A stretch of 64,000 bases of DNA from Thermoanaerobaculia bacterium (GCA_035627015.1 DASPMO010000103.1:1617-65616); one strand, 5' to 3'. Counted from the stretch's first letter, positions 30,942-41,948 are shown. The notes: generated by a model from the sequence alone, not told the origin. Numbers and translations are program-made.

Positions 30942-31427
30942 ATGCCCGACCTCCGCCTGATCACCTTTCGCGTCGGCCCCGAGACCTTCGTCCTCGACAT
31001 CATGGCCCTGCGCCAGATCGTGACGTACGCCGGCTCGACGTCGGTGCCGACGGCGCCGTCGTTCATCGAAGGGATCATCGTCCTGCGCAACGAGGTCATC
31101 CCGATCATCGACCTGCGCGAGCGGCTCTATCCCGGACGGATGGACCGCGCCGAACAGCCGCTGGTCCTGATCGCCCATACGGGCGCGGGGATGATCGGCC
31201 TGAAGGTGGACGAGGTGCGCCGCATCGTCACCCTCTCGCCCGACGTCTTCCTCCCGCCGCCGCCGCTCATCCGCGGGATCCGGGGCGAGCTGCTGATCGC
31301 GGTCGTGCCGCACGGCGAAGAGATCTATCTGCTGATCGACGTCGACAACGTCCTGACCGAGCCGGAGAAGGTGGAGCTCACTCAGGCGGATCTTCGACCG
31401 GAACATCAGCCCGCCGATCCCGCCTGA
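30942..31427 (+). CDS. cheW: Chemotaxis coupling protein CheW
   Basis: LITFRVGPETFVLDIMALRQIV...IEGIIVLRNEVIPIIDLRERL, 161 aa. Confidence 0.9.
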   Translation: MPDLRLITFRVGPETFVLDIMALRQIVTYAGSTSVPTAPSFIEGIIVLRNEVIPIIDLRERLYPGRMDRAEQPLVLIAHTGAGMIGLKVDEVRRIVTLSPDVFLPPPPLIRGIRGELLIAVVPHGEEIYLLIDVDNVLTEPEKVELTQADLRPEHQPADPA

Positions 31428-31545
31428 ACCCGTAGGGACAGTGCCGGCATCCCGACTCGCAGCAGTAGCCGCGCTCGCGGAGGAACTTCTCCGTGAAGAC
31501 GACGTACGGTCCCTCGTAATAGAAGTCTTCGCCTTCCGTCGGCAT
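31378..31545 (-). CDS. Small (55 aa) cysteine-rich protein with a CC-x2-GC-x-HCPY motif (I believe this is the DUF5522 family); not in the supplied ORF track
   Basis: Hand translation of the minus strand gives MPTEGEDFYYEGPYVVFTEKFLRERGYCCESGCRHCPYGFRRDRRADVPVEDPPE*. The ATG is at 31545 and the TGA at 31378-31380. It overlaps the cheW 3' end by 50 nt. Confidence 0.5.
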   Translation of the reverse strand: MPTEGEDFYYEGPYVVFTEKFLRERGYCCESGCRHCPYGFRRDRRADVPVEDPPE

Positions 31546-31561
31546 CGTTTATAGTCCGCCC

Positions 31562-32578
31562 GTGTTCTCCCGCTCCCGGCTCTTGCAGCTCACGGAAGCG
31601 ATGAAGGGGAAGCTGGTCGTCGTCTACGGCGACATCGTAGCGGACCGCTTCATTTACGGCACGCCGAAGCGCATCTCGCGCGAGGCGCCGGTGCTCATCC
31701 TGCGCCAGTATCGCGACGACGTCCTCCTCGGCGGCGCCGGCAACGCCATCAACAACATCTTCTCGCTCGGCGGGTTGCCCGTCCCCGTCTCGGTGCTCGG
31801 CGACGACATTCCCGGCCGCACGCTCCTGCAGCGCCTCGGCGAGCAGGGGATCGACTGCAGCGGCATCCTCCGCGCGCCGCGCTACGCCACGCCGACGAAG
31901 GTGCGCATTCTCGGCGGCATGCCGCACGCGAGCCGGCAGCAGATCGTCCGCTACGACATCGAAGACCACTTCGAGATGGCCGACGACGAGATGCAGGCGT
32001 TCGCCAATGTGCTGCGCCAGCAGATGTCGGTCTCGGACGCCGCGCTGGTGAGCGACTACGGCTACGGCACCGCGCGCCCGCGCCTCGTGGAGGCGCTGAC
32101 CTCGGCGGCCAAGGGGCGCCCGGTCACGCTCGACTCGCGCTACAACCTGCTCGACTACCCCGGCGTCACCGCCGCCACGCCGAACGAGGAGGAAGCCGCG
32201 GCCGCCGCCGGCACGTCGCTCTGGAACGGCGAGGAGGCGAAGATCGGCGAGGTCGCCCTGACGCTGCAGCAGGGGCTCGACTGCGAGGCCGTCCTCGTGA
32301 CGCGCGGCAGCCGCGGCATGGCTCTCCTCGAGCGCGACCGCCCCGAGCCGCTGCTCATCCCCGTCTGGGGCACCGATCAGGTCGCGGACGTCACGGGAGC
32401 CGGCGACACGGTCATCGCCACCTTCACCCTGGCCCTCGCCGCCGGTGGCTCGTTCGCCGAGGCGGCCAAGCTTGCGAATTACGCGGGCGGGATCGTGGTC
32501 ATGAAGATGGGCACGGCCACGGTGTCGAACGAAGAGCTGGCCTACGCCATCGAGCGGGACGAGGAGCTGAACGCGTGA
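31562..32578 (+). CDS. D-glycero-beta-D-manno-heptose-7-phosphate kinase (RfaE domain I, PfkB family)
   Basis: [15 protein letters not shown], the PfkB motif DVTGAGDT and GTATVS, 338 aa. Confidence 0.85.
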   Translation: MFSRSRLLQLTEAMKGKLVVVYGDIVADRFIYGTPKRISREAPVLILRQYRDDVLLGGAGNAINNIFSLGGLPVPVSVLGDDIPGRTLLQRLGEQGIDCSGILRAPRYATPTKVRILGGMPHASRQQIVRYDIEDHFEMADDEMQAFANVLRQQMSVSDAALVSDYGYGTARPRLVEALTSAAKGRPVTLDSRYNLLDYPGVTAATPNEEEAAAAAGTSLWNGEEAKIGEVALTLQQGLDCEAVLVTRGSRGMALLERDRPEPLLIPVWGTDQVADVTGAGDTVIATFTLALAAGGSFAEAAKLANYAGGIVVMKMGTATVSNEELAYAIERDEELNA

Positions 32579-33051
32579 TCCTCGACGAGGCGGCGCTGCG
32601 CGACGCCCTCGCGCGCGAGCGCGCCGCGGGGAAGAAGATCGCCTGGGCCAACGGCGTCTTCGACATCCTCCACGTCGGCCACATCCGCTACCTCCAGGAC
32701 GCGGCCAGGGTCGCGGACGTGCTCGTGGTCGGCGTGAACGGCGACGAGTCGGTGCGCCAGCTCAAGGGGCCGGACCGTCCGCTGATGCCGGAGCAGGAGC
32801 GCGCCGAGATCCTCGACGCCGTCAAAGGCGTCGCATACGTCACGATCTTCACGGAGAAAAGCCCCGCGCGCCTGCTGCAGCTCCTGCAGCCCGACTTTCA
32901 GTGCAAAGGGACCGACTACACCGCCGATTCCGTCCCCGAGGCCGAGATCGTGAAGGCGTACGGGGGAAGGGTCGTCATCGTGGGCGACCCGAAGGACCAC
33001 TCGACTACCGAAGTCCTCGCCCGGATGCGAGCGATGAACGATGAGAGATGA
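32575..33051 (+). CDS. D-glycero-beta-D-manno-heptose-1-phosphate adenylyltransferase (RfaE domain II, cytidylyltransferase family)
   Basis: [20 protein letters not shown] (HxGH). It overlaps the kinase gene by 4 nt. Confidence 0.85.
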   Translation: MILDEAALRDALARERAAGKKIAWANGVFDILHVGHIRYLQDAARVADVLVVGVNGDESVRQLKGPDRPLMPEQERAEILDAVKGVAYVTIFTEKSPARLLQLLQPDFQCKGTDYTADSVPEAEIVKAYGGRVVIVGDPKDHSTTEVLARMRAMNDER

Positions 33052-33105
33052 GCGATGAACGGTCCTCCGGCTCATCGCTCATCGTTCATCGGTCATCGCT
33101 CGCGG
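33025..33105. repeat. Hairpin whose arms are tandem heptamers (GATGAGC/GATGAAC)n ... (GCTCATC/GTTCATC)n
   Basis: The left arm is gcgagc gatgaac gatgaga gatgagc gatgaac, the loop is ggtcctccgg, and the right arm is ctcatcg ctcatcg ttcatcg gtcatcg ctcgc. It spans the stop of the adenylyltransferase gene and the region before the GT9 gene. Confidence 0.85.
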
Positions 33106-34005
33106 TTGCTCGTCCTGCGTCTCTCCGCCCTCGGCGACGTCATTCACACCATCCCGGCCGTGGTCGGGCTGAAAGAGCACTACGACATCACCTGGGTCGT
33201 CGAGGCGCCGTACCGCGAGCTGGTGGAGATCGTCGCCGGCGTGCAGACCATCCCCGTGCGGCTGAAGAAGGAGCCGATGCGTGCGTTTCGCGCGATCAAA
33301 GAGATGCGCGGCTTCGACGTCTCGATCGACTTTCAGGGGCTGATCAAGTCCGCCATGCTGCCGTGGGCGGCGCGGGTGAAGGAGCGCATCGGCTTCGACA
33401 GGGAGGCAATCCGCGAGAAACCTGCACTGTGGTTTACGAACCACAAGGTCCACGTCGACACGAGCAAACACGTGATCGACCAGAATCTCGAGCTCGCGCT
33501 GAATGTAGGGCGGGCTTCAGCCCGCCTCCCGGGCGGGGAGGGACGGGCTGAAGCCCGTCCTACGTGGAGCGCGTTTCCGGAGCCCATCGAAGCCAGAGGC
33601 GAGATCGTCCTCCTCCCCGGCGCCGGCAAGCCGAACAAGATCTGGCCGCACTTTGCCGGGCTGGCCAAAGAGCTCGGCCCGAGGGCCCTCGTCGTCTGGG
33701 GGCCCGGCGAGCAGGTTCTGGCCCAGGCCATCGGCGCGCGCACGGCGCCCCCCACCAACCTGCGCGAGCTCGCGTATCTCCTGCAAAAGGCCGAGGTCGT
33801 CATCGGTGGCGATACCGGCCCCCTCCACCTCGCCGCCGCCCTCGGCACGAAGGTCATCGGCCTCTACGGTCCCACCGATCCACGCCGCAACGGGCCGTAC
33901 GGCCAGCTCGCCCGTGTCATCGATCATTTTCAGTCGACGAAATCAATGGAATCCATTTCTGTTGAAGAGGTCGTGAAAACTCTCGAAAGGGTTGCTTCGG
34001 AGTGA
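33106..34005 (+). CDS. Glycosyltransferase family 9 (LPS heptosyltransferase-like) carrying an in-frame REP insertion
   Basis: (L)LVLRLSALGDVIHTIPA is the usual GT9 N-terminus, and GGDTGPLHLAAALG is present. The TTG at 33106 is preferred over the ATG at 33055, which lies inside the heptamer hairpin. Confidence 0.8.
   Translation: MLVLRLSALGDVIHTIPAVVGLKEHYDITWVVEAPYRELVEIVAGVQTIPVRLKKEPMRAFRAIKEMRGFDVSIDFQGLIKSAMLPWAARVKERIGFDREAIREKPALWFTNHKVHVDTSKHVIDQNLELALNVGRASARLPGGEGRAEARPTWSAFPEPIEARGEIVLLPGAGKPNKIWPHFAGLAKELGPRALVVWGPGEQVLAQAIGARTAPPTNLRELAYLLQKAEVVIGGDTGPLHLAAALGTKVIGLYGPTDPRRNGPYGQLARVIDHFQSTKSMESISVEEVVKTLERVASE
33505..33563. repeat. Full REP element located inside the GT9 coding sequence
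   Basis: gtagggcgggcttcagcccgcc-tcccgggcggggag-ggacgggctgaagcccgtcctac. It is translated in frame as ..NVGRASARLPGGEGRAEARPTW... Confidence 0.85.
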
Positions 34006-34757
34006 ACTTCATCCTTGCCGCCATCATCGCGGCCCTATCCACGGTCCCGGCGCCCGTCGAGCCGATCGTGCAGCGCTTCGCCGAAGGGGAGACGCTCGAC
34101 TACACCCTCACCTGGCTCAAAGTCACGGGCGGCACGGCGCGGACGACCATCTCCCCGGGGACCGAAGCCAGCTATCGCATCACCTCGGTGGCCCGCTCCA
34201 GCCCCTCCTTTTCCCGCTTCTTCAAAGTCCGCGACGAGATCGAGACCACCGTCGCCCGCGACGACTTCTCCACGCTCCGCTACGTCAAACGCCTGGACGA
34301 GGACGGCGACAAGATCGAGGAAGTCACCGTCATCGAAGACGGCGTGGCCACCCGCACCCGCAGGAAAGTGAAGAAGACGCGCGTCCCGCGTCCGGTGTTC
34401 GACCCCATCTCCGTCATCTATCAACTGCGCACGCGCGATCTCACGCCCGGCAAGTCCCACGACTTCGAGCTGATCGCGGACGGGAAGCTGTACACCGTTC
34501 ACGCCCGCGTCGTGCGCAAAGAAAAAGTCCAGACGCCGGCCGGCACCTTCGACTGCGTGCGGGTCGAGCCCGAAATGATCAACGGAGGCGTCGTCCGCGA
34601 GGAGCGCCTCTTCATCTGGTACACGGACGACGAGCGGAAGCTCCCCGTGCGCATCCGCACCGAGATCAAAGTCGGGGCGATCACGGCCACGCTTCGCGCG
34701 TTCTCGTCCGGCGTCACATCTTCCGAGCCGCCCGTGCTGGACGAAGCCAGAAAATGA
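34002..34757 (+). CDS. DUF3108 domain protein
   Basis: It has a signal-like N-terminus, GETLDYTLTWLKVTGGTA and the LFIWYTDDERKLPVRI pattern typical of DUF3108. It overlaps the GT9 gene by 4 nt. Confidence 0.65.
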   Translation: MNFILAAIIAALSTVPAPVEPIVQRFAEGETLDYTLTWLKVTGGTARTTISPGTEASYRITSVARSSPSFSRFFKVRDEIETTVARDDFSTLRYVKRLDEDGDKIEEVTVIEDGVATRTRRKVKKTRVPRPVFDPISVIYQLRTRDLTPGKSHDFELIADGKLYTVHARVVRKEKVQTPAGTFDCVRVEPEMINGGVVREERLFIWYTDDERKLPVRIRTEIKVGAITATLRAFSSGVTSSEPPVLDEARK

Positions 34758-34782
34758 CGGGTGGTACTCTTAGAAAGCAGAT

Positions 34783-36498
<1,716 letters not shown>

Positions 36499-36500
36499 AA

Positions 36501-36589
36501 GTCAGCTGTCAGCTGTCAGCTCTCAGCTGTCAGTCCTCAGCCGCCAGAAACTCGGTTTCCTGATAGCTGACCACTGACAGCTGACAGCT
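36501..36589. repeat. Hairpin whose arms are tandem heptamers (GTCAGCT)n ... (AGCTGAC)n
   Basis: The left arm is gtcagct gtcagct gtcagct ctcagct gtcagtc ctcagcc. The loop gccagaaactcggtttcctgat contains a mini-hairpin. The right arm is agctgac cactgac agctgac agct. It fills the pilB-pilT gap exactly. Confidence 0.9.
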
Positions 36590-36599
36590 CGGAGAAAAA

Positions 36600-37724
36600 A
36601 TGGCCGTCACTCTGCACCAGCTACTGAAAACCATGGTCGAGCGCGGAGGCTCCGACCTCCACGTCACCACCAACTCGCCGCCCCAGATCCGCATCGACGG
36701 CAAGCTGGTGCCGCTGGACATGTCGCCGCTCACGGCGCCGGAGACGAAGCAGCTCGCCTACTCCGTCCTCACCGACGCGCAGAAGCACCGCTTCGAGGAG
36801 AACCTCGAGCTCGACCTCTCTTTCGGCATCAAGGGGCTGGCCCGCTTTCGCGCCAACATCTTCAACCAGCGCGGCGCCACGGCCGCCGTCTACCGGCAGA
36901 TTCCCTACGAGATCCTCGGCTTCAAGGAGCTCGGGCTTCCGCCGATCGTCGAGGAGATCTGCAACCGGCCGCGCGGCCTCGTGCTCGTCACCGGCCCCAC
37001 CGGCTCCGGCAAGTCGACCACCCTGGCCGCGATGATCGACAAGATCAACCGCGAGCGCCACGAGCACATCATCACCATCGAGGATCCGGTCGAGTTCCTC
37101 CACCAGCACAAGAACTGCATCGTCAACCAGCGCGAGCTGCATGCCGACACGCACTCGTTCGGCAACTCCCTCAAGAGCGCGCTCCGCCAGGACCCCGACG
37201 TGGTGCTCATCGGCGAGATGCGCGACCTCGAGACTATCGAGTCCGCCCTGCGCATCGCCGAGACGGGCCACCTCACCTTCGGCACGCTGCACACGAACTC
37301 CGCGGCCCAGACCATCAACCGCATCGTCGACGTCTTCCCCGCGCACCAGCAGCCGCAGATCCGCGCGCAGCTTTCGTTCGTGCTGGAGGGCATCCTCTGC
37401 CAGGCCCTGCTCCCGAAGGCGAACGGCAAGGGACGCGTGATGGCCATGGAGATCCTGGTTCCGAACGCCGCCATCCGCAACCTGATCCGCGAGGACAAGG
37501 TCCATCAGATCTACTCGATGATGCAGACCGGACAGAGCAAATACGGAATGCAGACTTTCAACCAGTCGTTGGCCACGCTGTACTTCAGAAAGCTGATCAC
37601 GCTGCAGATCGCGCTGTCGCGCTCGTCGAATCCCGACGAGCTGCAGGAGATGATTTCCCGCGGTGCCGGGTCGATCTACCCGCAGGGGGCGCCGGCCGCG
37701 GCGGCGCGTCCGCGCACCGCCTAA
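36600..37724 (+). CDS. pilT: Twitching-motility retraction ATPase PilT
   Basis: GSDLHVT, Walker A GPTGSGKSTT and AIRNLIREDKVHQI, 374 aa. Confidence 0.95.
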   Translation: MAVTLHQLLKTMVERGGSDLHVTTNSPPQIRIDGKLVPLDMSPLTAPETKQLAYSVLTDAQKHRFEENLELDLSFGIKGLARFRANIFNQRGATAAVYRQIPYEILGFKELGLPPIVEEICNRPRGLVLVTGPTGSGKSTTLAAMIDKINRERHEHIITIEDPVEFLHQHKNCIVNQRELHADTHSFGNSLKSALRQDPDVVLIGEMRDLETIESALRIAETGHLTFGTLHTNSAAQTINRIVDVFPAHQQPQIRAQLSFVLEGILCQALLPKANGKGRVMAMEILVPNAAIRNLIREDKVHQIYSMMQTGQSKYGMQTFNQSLATLYFRKLITLQIALSRSSNPDELQEMISRGAGSIYPQGAPAAAARPRTA

Positions 37725-37735
37725 GGAGCTGAACA

Positions 37736-38938
37736 ATGCCGACGTTCGAATGGAAGGGCACAGCACGGAACGGCCAGACGCAGACCGGCGTCCTGGTGGC
37801 CGATTCGAAAGACGCCGTCATCGCCATGATGCGGCGGCAGCAGGTGGTCGTCACCGCCGTCAAGGAGAAGGGCAAGGAGATCGCTTTCCCCAAGTTCGGC
37901 GGCGGCGTCTCCCCGCAATCGATCGCCATCTTCACCCGCCAGTTCTCGGTCATGATCGACGCCGGCCTGCCGCTCGTGCAGTGCCTGGAGATCCTCGGCA
38001 ACCAGCAGGAGAACAAGACCTTCAAGCGCGTCCTGATCCAGATCCGGCAGGACGTCGAGTCGGGCTCGAACCTGGCCGACTCGATGCGCAAGCATCCCAA
38101 GGTCTTCAACGACCTCTACACCAACATGGTCGCCGCCGGTGAGGCCGGCGGTATCCTCGACACCATCCTGCAGCGCCTGGCCACGTACATCGAAAAGGCC
38201 GTCAAGCTGAACGCGCAGGTGAAGTCGGCGATGATCTATCCGGTCGCCGTCATCAGCATCGCCGTCATCGTCGTGGCGGTCATTCTCTGGAAGGTCATCC
38301 CGGTCTTCGCCGCCCTCTTCGAGAGCCTCGGCGCGGAGCTGCCGCTGCCGACGCGCGTCGTCATCGCGCTCTCGAACTTCATCGCCAGCTACTGGTGGCT
38401 GATCGGCATGCTCATGGCGGCCACGTGGTTCTCGCTGAAGAAGTACCACGGCACCTACAAAGGGAAGCGCGTCATCGACGGCACGCTGCTGAGGATGCCC
38501 GTCCTGGGCATCCTCCTGCGCAAGATCGCCGTGGCCCGTTTCTGCCGCACGCTGGCCACGCTCACCTCGTCGGGCGTGCCCATCCTCGACGGCCTGCAGA
38601 TCACGGCCCGCACGGCCGGCAACTCGGTCGTGGAAGACGCCATCATGGCCACGCGCAAGTCGGTCGAGGAAGGCAAGACGATCAGCGAGCCGCTCGGCGA
38701 CACGGAAGTCTTCCCGCCGATGGTCGTGCAGATGATCGCTGTCGGCGAGCAGACCGGCGCGCTCGATACCATGCTCTCGAAGATCGCCGACTTTTACGAA
38801 GAAGAAGTCGACGTCGCGGTGGCCGGCCTGATGAAGCTGCTCGAGCCGATCCTCATCGCCTTCCTCGGCGTCTGCATCGGCGGCATCGTCATCGCCATGT
38901 ACATGCCGATGTTCTCGCTGATCAGCCAGATCGGTTAA
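37736..38938 (+). CDS. pilC: Type IV pilus platform protein PilC (GspF family)
   Basis: It has two T2SSF repeats (FTRQFSVMIDAGLPLVQCL ... FCRTLATLTSSGVPILDGL), 400 aa. Confidence 0.93.
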   Translation: MPTFEWKGTARNGQTQTGVLVADSKDAVIAMMRRQQVVVTAVKEKGKEIAFPKFGGGVSPQSIAIFTRQFSVMIDAGLPLVQCLEILGNQQENKTFKRVLIQIRQDVESGSNLADSMRKHPKVFNDLYTNMVAAGEAGGILDTILQRLATYIEKAVKLNAQVKSAMIYPVAVISIAVIVVAVILWKVIPVFAALFESLGAELPLPTRVVIALSNFIASYWWLIGMLMAATWFSLKKYHGTYKGKRVIDGTLLRMPVLGILLRKIAVARFCRTLATLTSSGVPILDGLQITARTAGNSVVEDAIMATRKSVEEGKTISEPLGDTEVFPPMVVQMIAVGEQTGALDTMLSKIADFYEEEVDVAVAGLMKLLEPILIAFLGVCIGGIVIAMYMPMFSLISQIG

Positions 38939-38940
38939 CA

Positions 38941-39015
38941 GGGACGAGGTACGAGTGACGAGGCACGAGTAGAACCTCGGGTCTCACTCGTACCTCGTAC
39001 CTCGTACCTCGTACC
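38941..39015. repeat. Hairpin whose arms are tandem heptamers (GGTACGA)n ... (TCGTACC)n
   Basis: The left arm is gggacga ggtacga gtgacga ggcacga, the loop is gtagaacctcgggtctcac, and the right arm is tcgtacc x4. It fills the gap between pilC and the kinase gene. Confidence 0.9.
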
Positions 39016-39018
39016 TTT

Positions 39019-40683
39019 ATGAGCAACGACGTTCGGATGTTGATTGCCGTCCGCGTCGTGGTCGTCACCACGCTGATCCTCGCGGCACTGATCATTCAGT
39101 ACACGATCCGCGAGGTCCTGCCCATCGACTATCTGTACGTCGCCGTGGGGGTTACGTACGCGCTCACGCTGCTCTACATCGGGCTGGCCTTCTTCGTCCC
39201 CTCGCGTACGCTCAACCTCGCCATCCAGACCGGCGGCGACCTCCTCGTCGAGACGCTGCTCGTCTACTTCACCGGCGGTCTCGACTCCCCCTTCTCGTTT
39301 CTCTATCTCGTCTCCGTCATCACCGCGTCCATGCTGCTCTATCGCCGCGGCGGCCTCCTGGCCGCGTCGGCGGCGTCGATCCTCTACGGCGTGCTGGTCG
39401 ACCTGATGTACTACGGCGTCCTGCCGATGCCGGAGCAGTCGATGTTCCTCCCCATCGCCTGGACCTCCTCGCGGCTCTACTTCAACATGGCCGCGAACTT
39501 TTCCGGCTTCTACGCCACGGCGCTCCTGACCTCCTATCTCTCCGAACAGCTCCAACGCACGTCGAAAGAGCTCGACGCGAACCGCCAGAACCTCGCCGAG
39601 CTGCGCGCCCTGAACCAGAACGTCGTCGAGTCGATCCCCTCGGGGCTGATCACGCTGACGTCGTTCGGCACCGCCTCGTTCATCAACCCGGCCGGCGCGC
39701 ACATCCTCCGCGCCGAGCCGATGTCTTTCCTCGGCCGCCACATCTCCGAGCTCGGCTTCTTCACGAACGAGCAGTGGAACGCCGCGCGCGAGGAGCTGGC
39801 CACCGGCGCCGTCGTACGGCAGGAGGTCGAGCGCACCGATGACGGCGGCAACACGCGCAGCATCGGCTTCGCCGTCAGCCCGCTCTCCACGCTCGAAGGG
39901 AAGTTCTCCGGCTACACCGTGATCTTCCAGGATCTGACCGACGTCAAAAAACTCGAGGCCGAGGTGCGGCTCAAGGACAGGATGGCGGCCGTGGGCGAGC
40001 TCTCCGCCGGCATCGCCCACGAGATCCGCAATCCGCTCGCCGCCATCGCCGGCTCCGTGCAGGTGCTGAAGAAATCGGAGTCGCTGACGCCGCAGGAGCA
40101 GCGGCTGATGTCGATCGTGCTGAAGGAATCGGAGCGGCTGAACAAGTCCATCTCCGATTTTCTCCGCTTCGTCCGCCCGCAGGAGAGGCGCACCATGGAG
40201 TTCGACGTCGCGGCCAGCCTGCACGAGACGCTCGACCTCCTCGCCAACTCCGCCGAGCTGAGCCCGGGCCACGAGATCCGCCGCGAGATCGCCCCACCGT
40301 CGTTCCAGCTCGCCGGCGACGCCGACCAGATCCGCCAGGTGTTCTGGAACCTGGCCCGCAATGCCGTCGCGGCCATGCCCAAAGGGGGCGTGCTCACCGT
40401 GCGCACGGTCGTCGAGGACGGCTCGTACAGCATCGTCTTTCACGACAGCGGCCGCGGGTTCTCGCAGGCCGACCTGCAGCGCCTCTTCCAGCCGTTCCGC
40501 ACGAATTTCCCCTCCGGCACGGGCCTCGGCATGGCCATCTCCTACCGCATCGTGCAGGAGCACGGCGGCAAGATCGACGTGACCTCCCGCGAAGGGGAGG
40601 GGACCAGCATCACCGTCACGCTGCCTTACCGCGCGGCGAACCTCACCACGAACTCGTTCGCTCCCGCGCGCACGTCCATCTGA
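39019..40683 (+). CDS. PilS-like sensor histidine kinase (multi-TM N-terminus, PAS, HisKA, HATPase_c)
   Basis: About 6 TM helices at the N-terminus, the H-box [14 protein letters not shown] and the N/G boxes NLARNAV...GTGLGMAI. Confidence 0.85.
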   Translation: MSNDVRMLIAVRVVVVTTLILAALIIQYTIREVLPIDYLYVAVGVTYALTLLYIGLAFFVPSRTLNLAIQTGGDLLVETLLVYFTGGLDSPFSFLYLVSVITASMLLYRRGGLLAASAASILYGVLVDLMYYGVLPMPEQSMFLPIAWTSSRLYFNMAANFSGFYATALLTSYLSEQLQRTSKELDANRQNLAELRALNQNVVESIPSGLITLTSFGTASFINPAGAHILRAEPMSFLGRHISELGFFTNEQWNAAREELATGAVVRQEVERTDDGGNTRSIGFAVSPLSTLEGKFSGYTVIFQDLTDVKKLEAEVRLKDRMAAVGELSAGIAHEIRNPLAAIAGSVQVLKKSESLTPQEQRLMSIVLKESERLNKSISDFLRFVRPQERRTMEFDVAASLHETLDLLANSAELSPGHEIRREIAPPSFQLAGDADQIRQVFWNLARNAVAAMPKGGVLTVRTVVEDGSYSIVFHDSGRGFSQADLQRLFQPFRTNFPSGTGLGMAISYRIVQEHGGKIDVTSREGEGTSITVTLPYRAANLTTNSFAPARTSI

Positions 40684-40813
40684 ATCGGCGGGAACATCGC
40701 TCCCGCGCAGGGGCGCGGTCAGTGCTGGGCAGCTTGCGGCGTCTCGAGCGACGCCACGAAGCGCCGGCAGAAGGAACGGGGTGTCGGCCCCGTCACCACT
40801 ACAATGGCGAACG

Positions 40814-41839
40814 GTGAACACTGATCGCATCCTCACCCCCAACGCGGAGCCCGACGACCTCCAGACCGAGCTCTCCTTACGCCCGAAACTGCTGCGCGAG
40901 TACATCGGCCAGCAGAAGGTGAAGGCCAATCTCGAGATCTCGCTGCAGGCCGCGCGCAAGCGCAACGAGGCCCTCGATCACGTGCTCCTCTTCGGCCCCC
41001 CGGGACTCGGCAAGACCACGCTCGCGAACATCGTCGCCAACGAGATGGACGCCAGCCTGCGCACCACCTCCGGCCCCGCGCTGGAGAAGCCGGGCGACCT
41101 GGTGGCCATCGTCACGAACCTCGAGGCGGGCGACGTGCTGTTCATCGACGAGATCCACCGTCTTCCCGCGATCGTCGAGGAGGTGCTCTACTCGGCGATG
41201 GAAGACTTTCACGTCGACGTCGTGATCGGGCAGGGCCCCGCGGCGCGCACGCTGAAGGTCGAGCTGCCGCGCTTCACGCTCATCGGGGCCACCACGCGCG
41301 CGGGCCTGCTCACCGCCCCGCTGCGGGCGCGCTTCGGCATCGTGCACCGCCTCGACTTCTACGACGTCGACTCGCTGGCCATCATCGTCCGCCGCTCCTC
41401 CGACATCCTCGGCATCGCCATCGAGCGCGACGCCGCAAATGAGATCGCCCGCCGCTCGCGCGGCACGCCCCGCATCGCCAACCGCCTGCTGCGCCGCGTG
41501 CGCGACTTCGCCGAGGTGCGGCACGAGGGGAAAGTGGACGTGGCCATCGCGCGCGAGGCGCTGCACATGCTGGAGGTCGACGATTACGGCCTCGACGAGA
41601 TCGATCGCAAGCTGCTGACGACCATCATCGAGCGCTTCGGTGGCGGCCCCGTCGGCGTCAACGCGCTGGCCTCGTCCGTCGGCGAGGACCGCGGCACGAT
41701 CGAGGACCTGTACGAGCCGTATCTCATCCAGATTGGCTTCCTGCAGCGCACGCCGCGCGGCCGCGTGGCCAGCCGCACCGCCCTCCAGCACCTCGGCTAT
41801 CCGCTCTCCGCCGCGCGCAATCAGCGCGACCTCTTCTAG
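40814..41839 (+). CDS. ruvB: Holliday junction branch-migration helicase RuvB
   Basis: [15 protein letters not shown], Walker [10 protein letters not shown] and DEIHRL. The GTG at 40814 gives a canonical N-terminus; the ORF track start at 40781 is the alternative. Confidence 0.95.
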   Translation: MNTDRILTPNAEPDDLQTELSLRPKLLREYIGQQKVKANLEISLQAARKRNEALDHVLLFGPPGLGKTTLANIVANEMDASLRTTSGPALEKPGDLVAIVTNLEAGDVLFIDEIHRLPAIVEEVLYSAMEDFHVDVVIGQGPAARTLKVELPRFTLIGATTRAGLLTAPLRARFGIVHRLDFYDVDSLAIIVRRSSDILGIAIERDAANEIARRSRGTPRIANRLLRRVRDFAEVRHEGKVDVAIAREALHMLEVDDYGLDEIDRKLLTTIIERFGGGPVGVNALASSVGEDRGTIEDLYEPYLIQIGFLQRTPRGRVASRTALQHLGYPLSAARNQRDLF

Positions 41840-41948
41840 CGACGGTTTGTCCGCGCGGGGCGACAGGTTTGCGCCTCGTTCCGACCTATTCCCTCGGGAA
41901 CGGTGTGGCAGCCCAATCGCAATCGAGACTCTTCAGGAGAGAACAACC

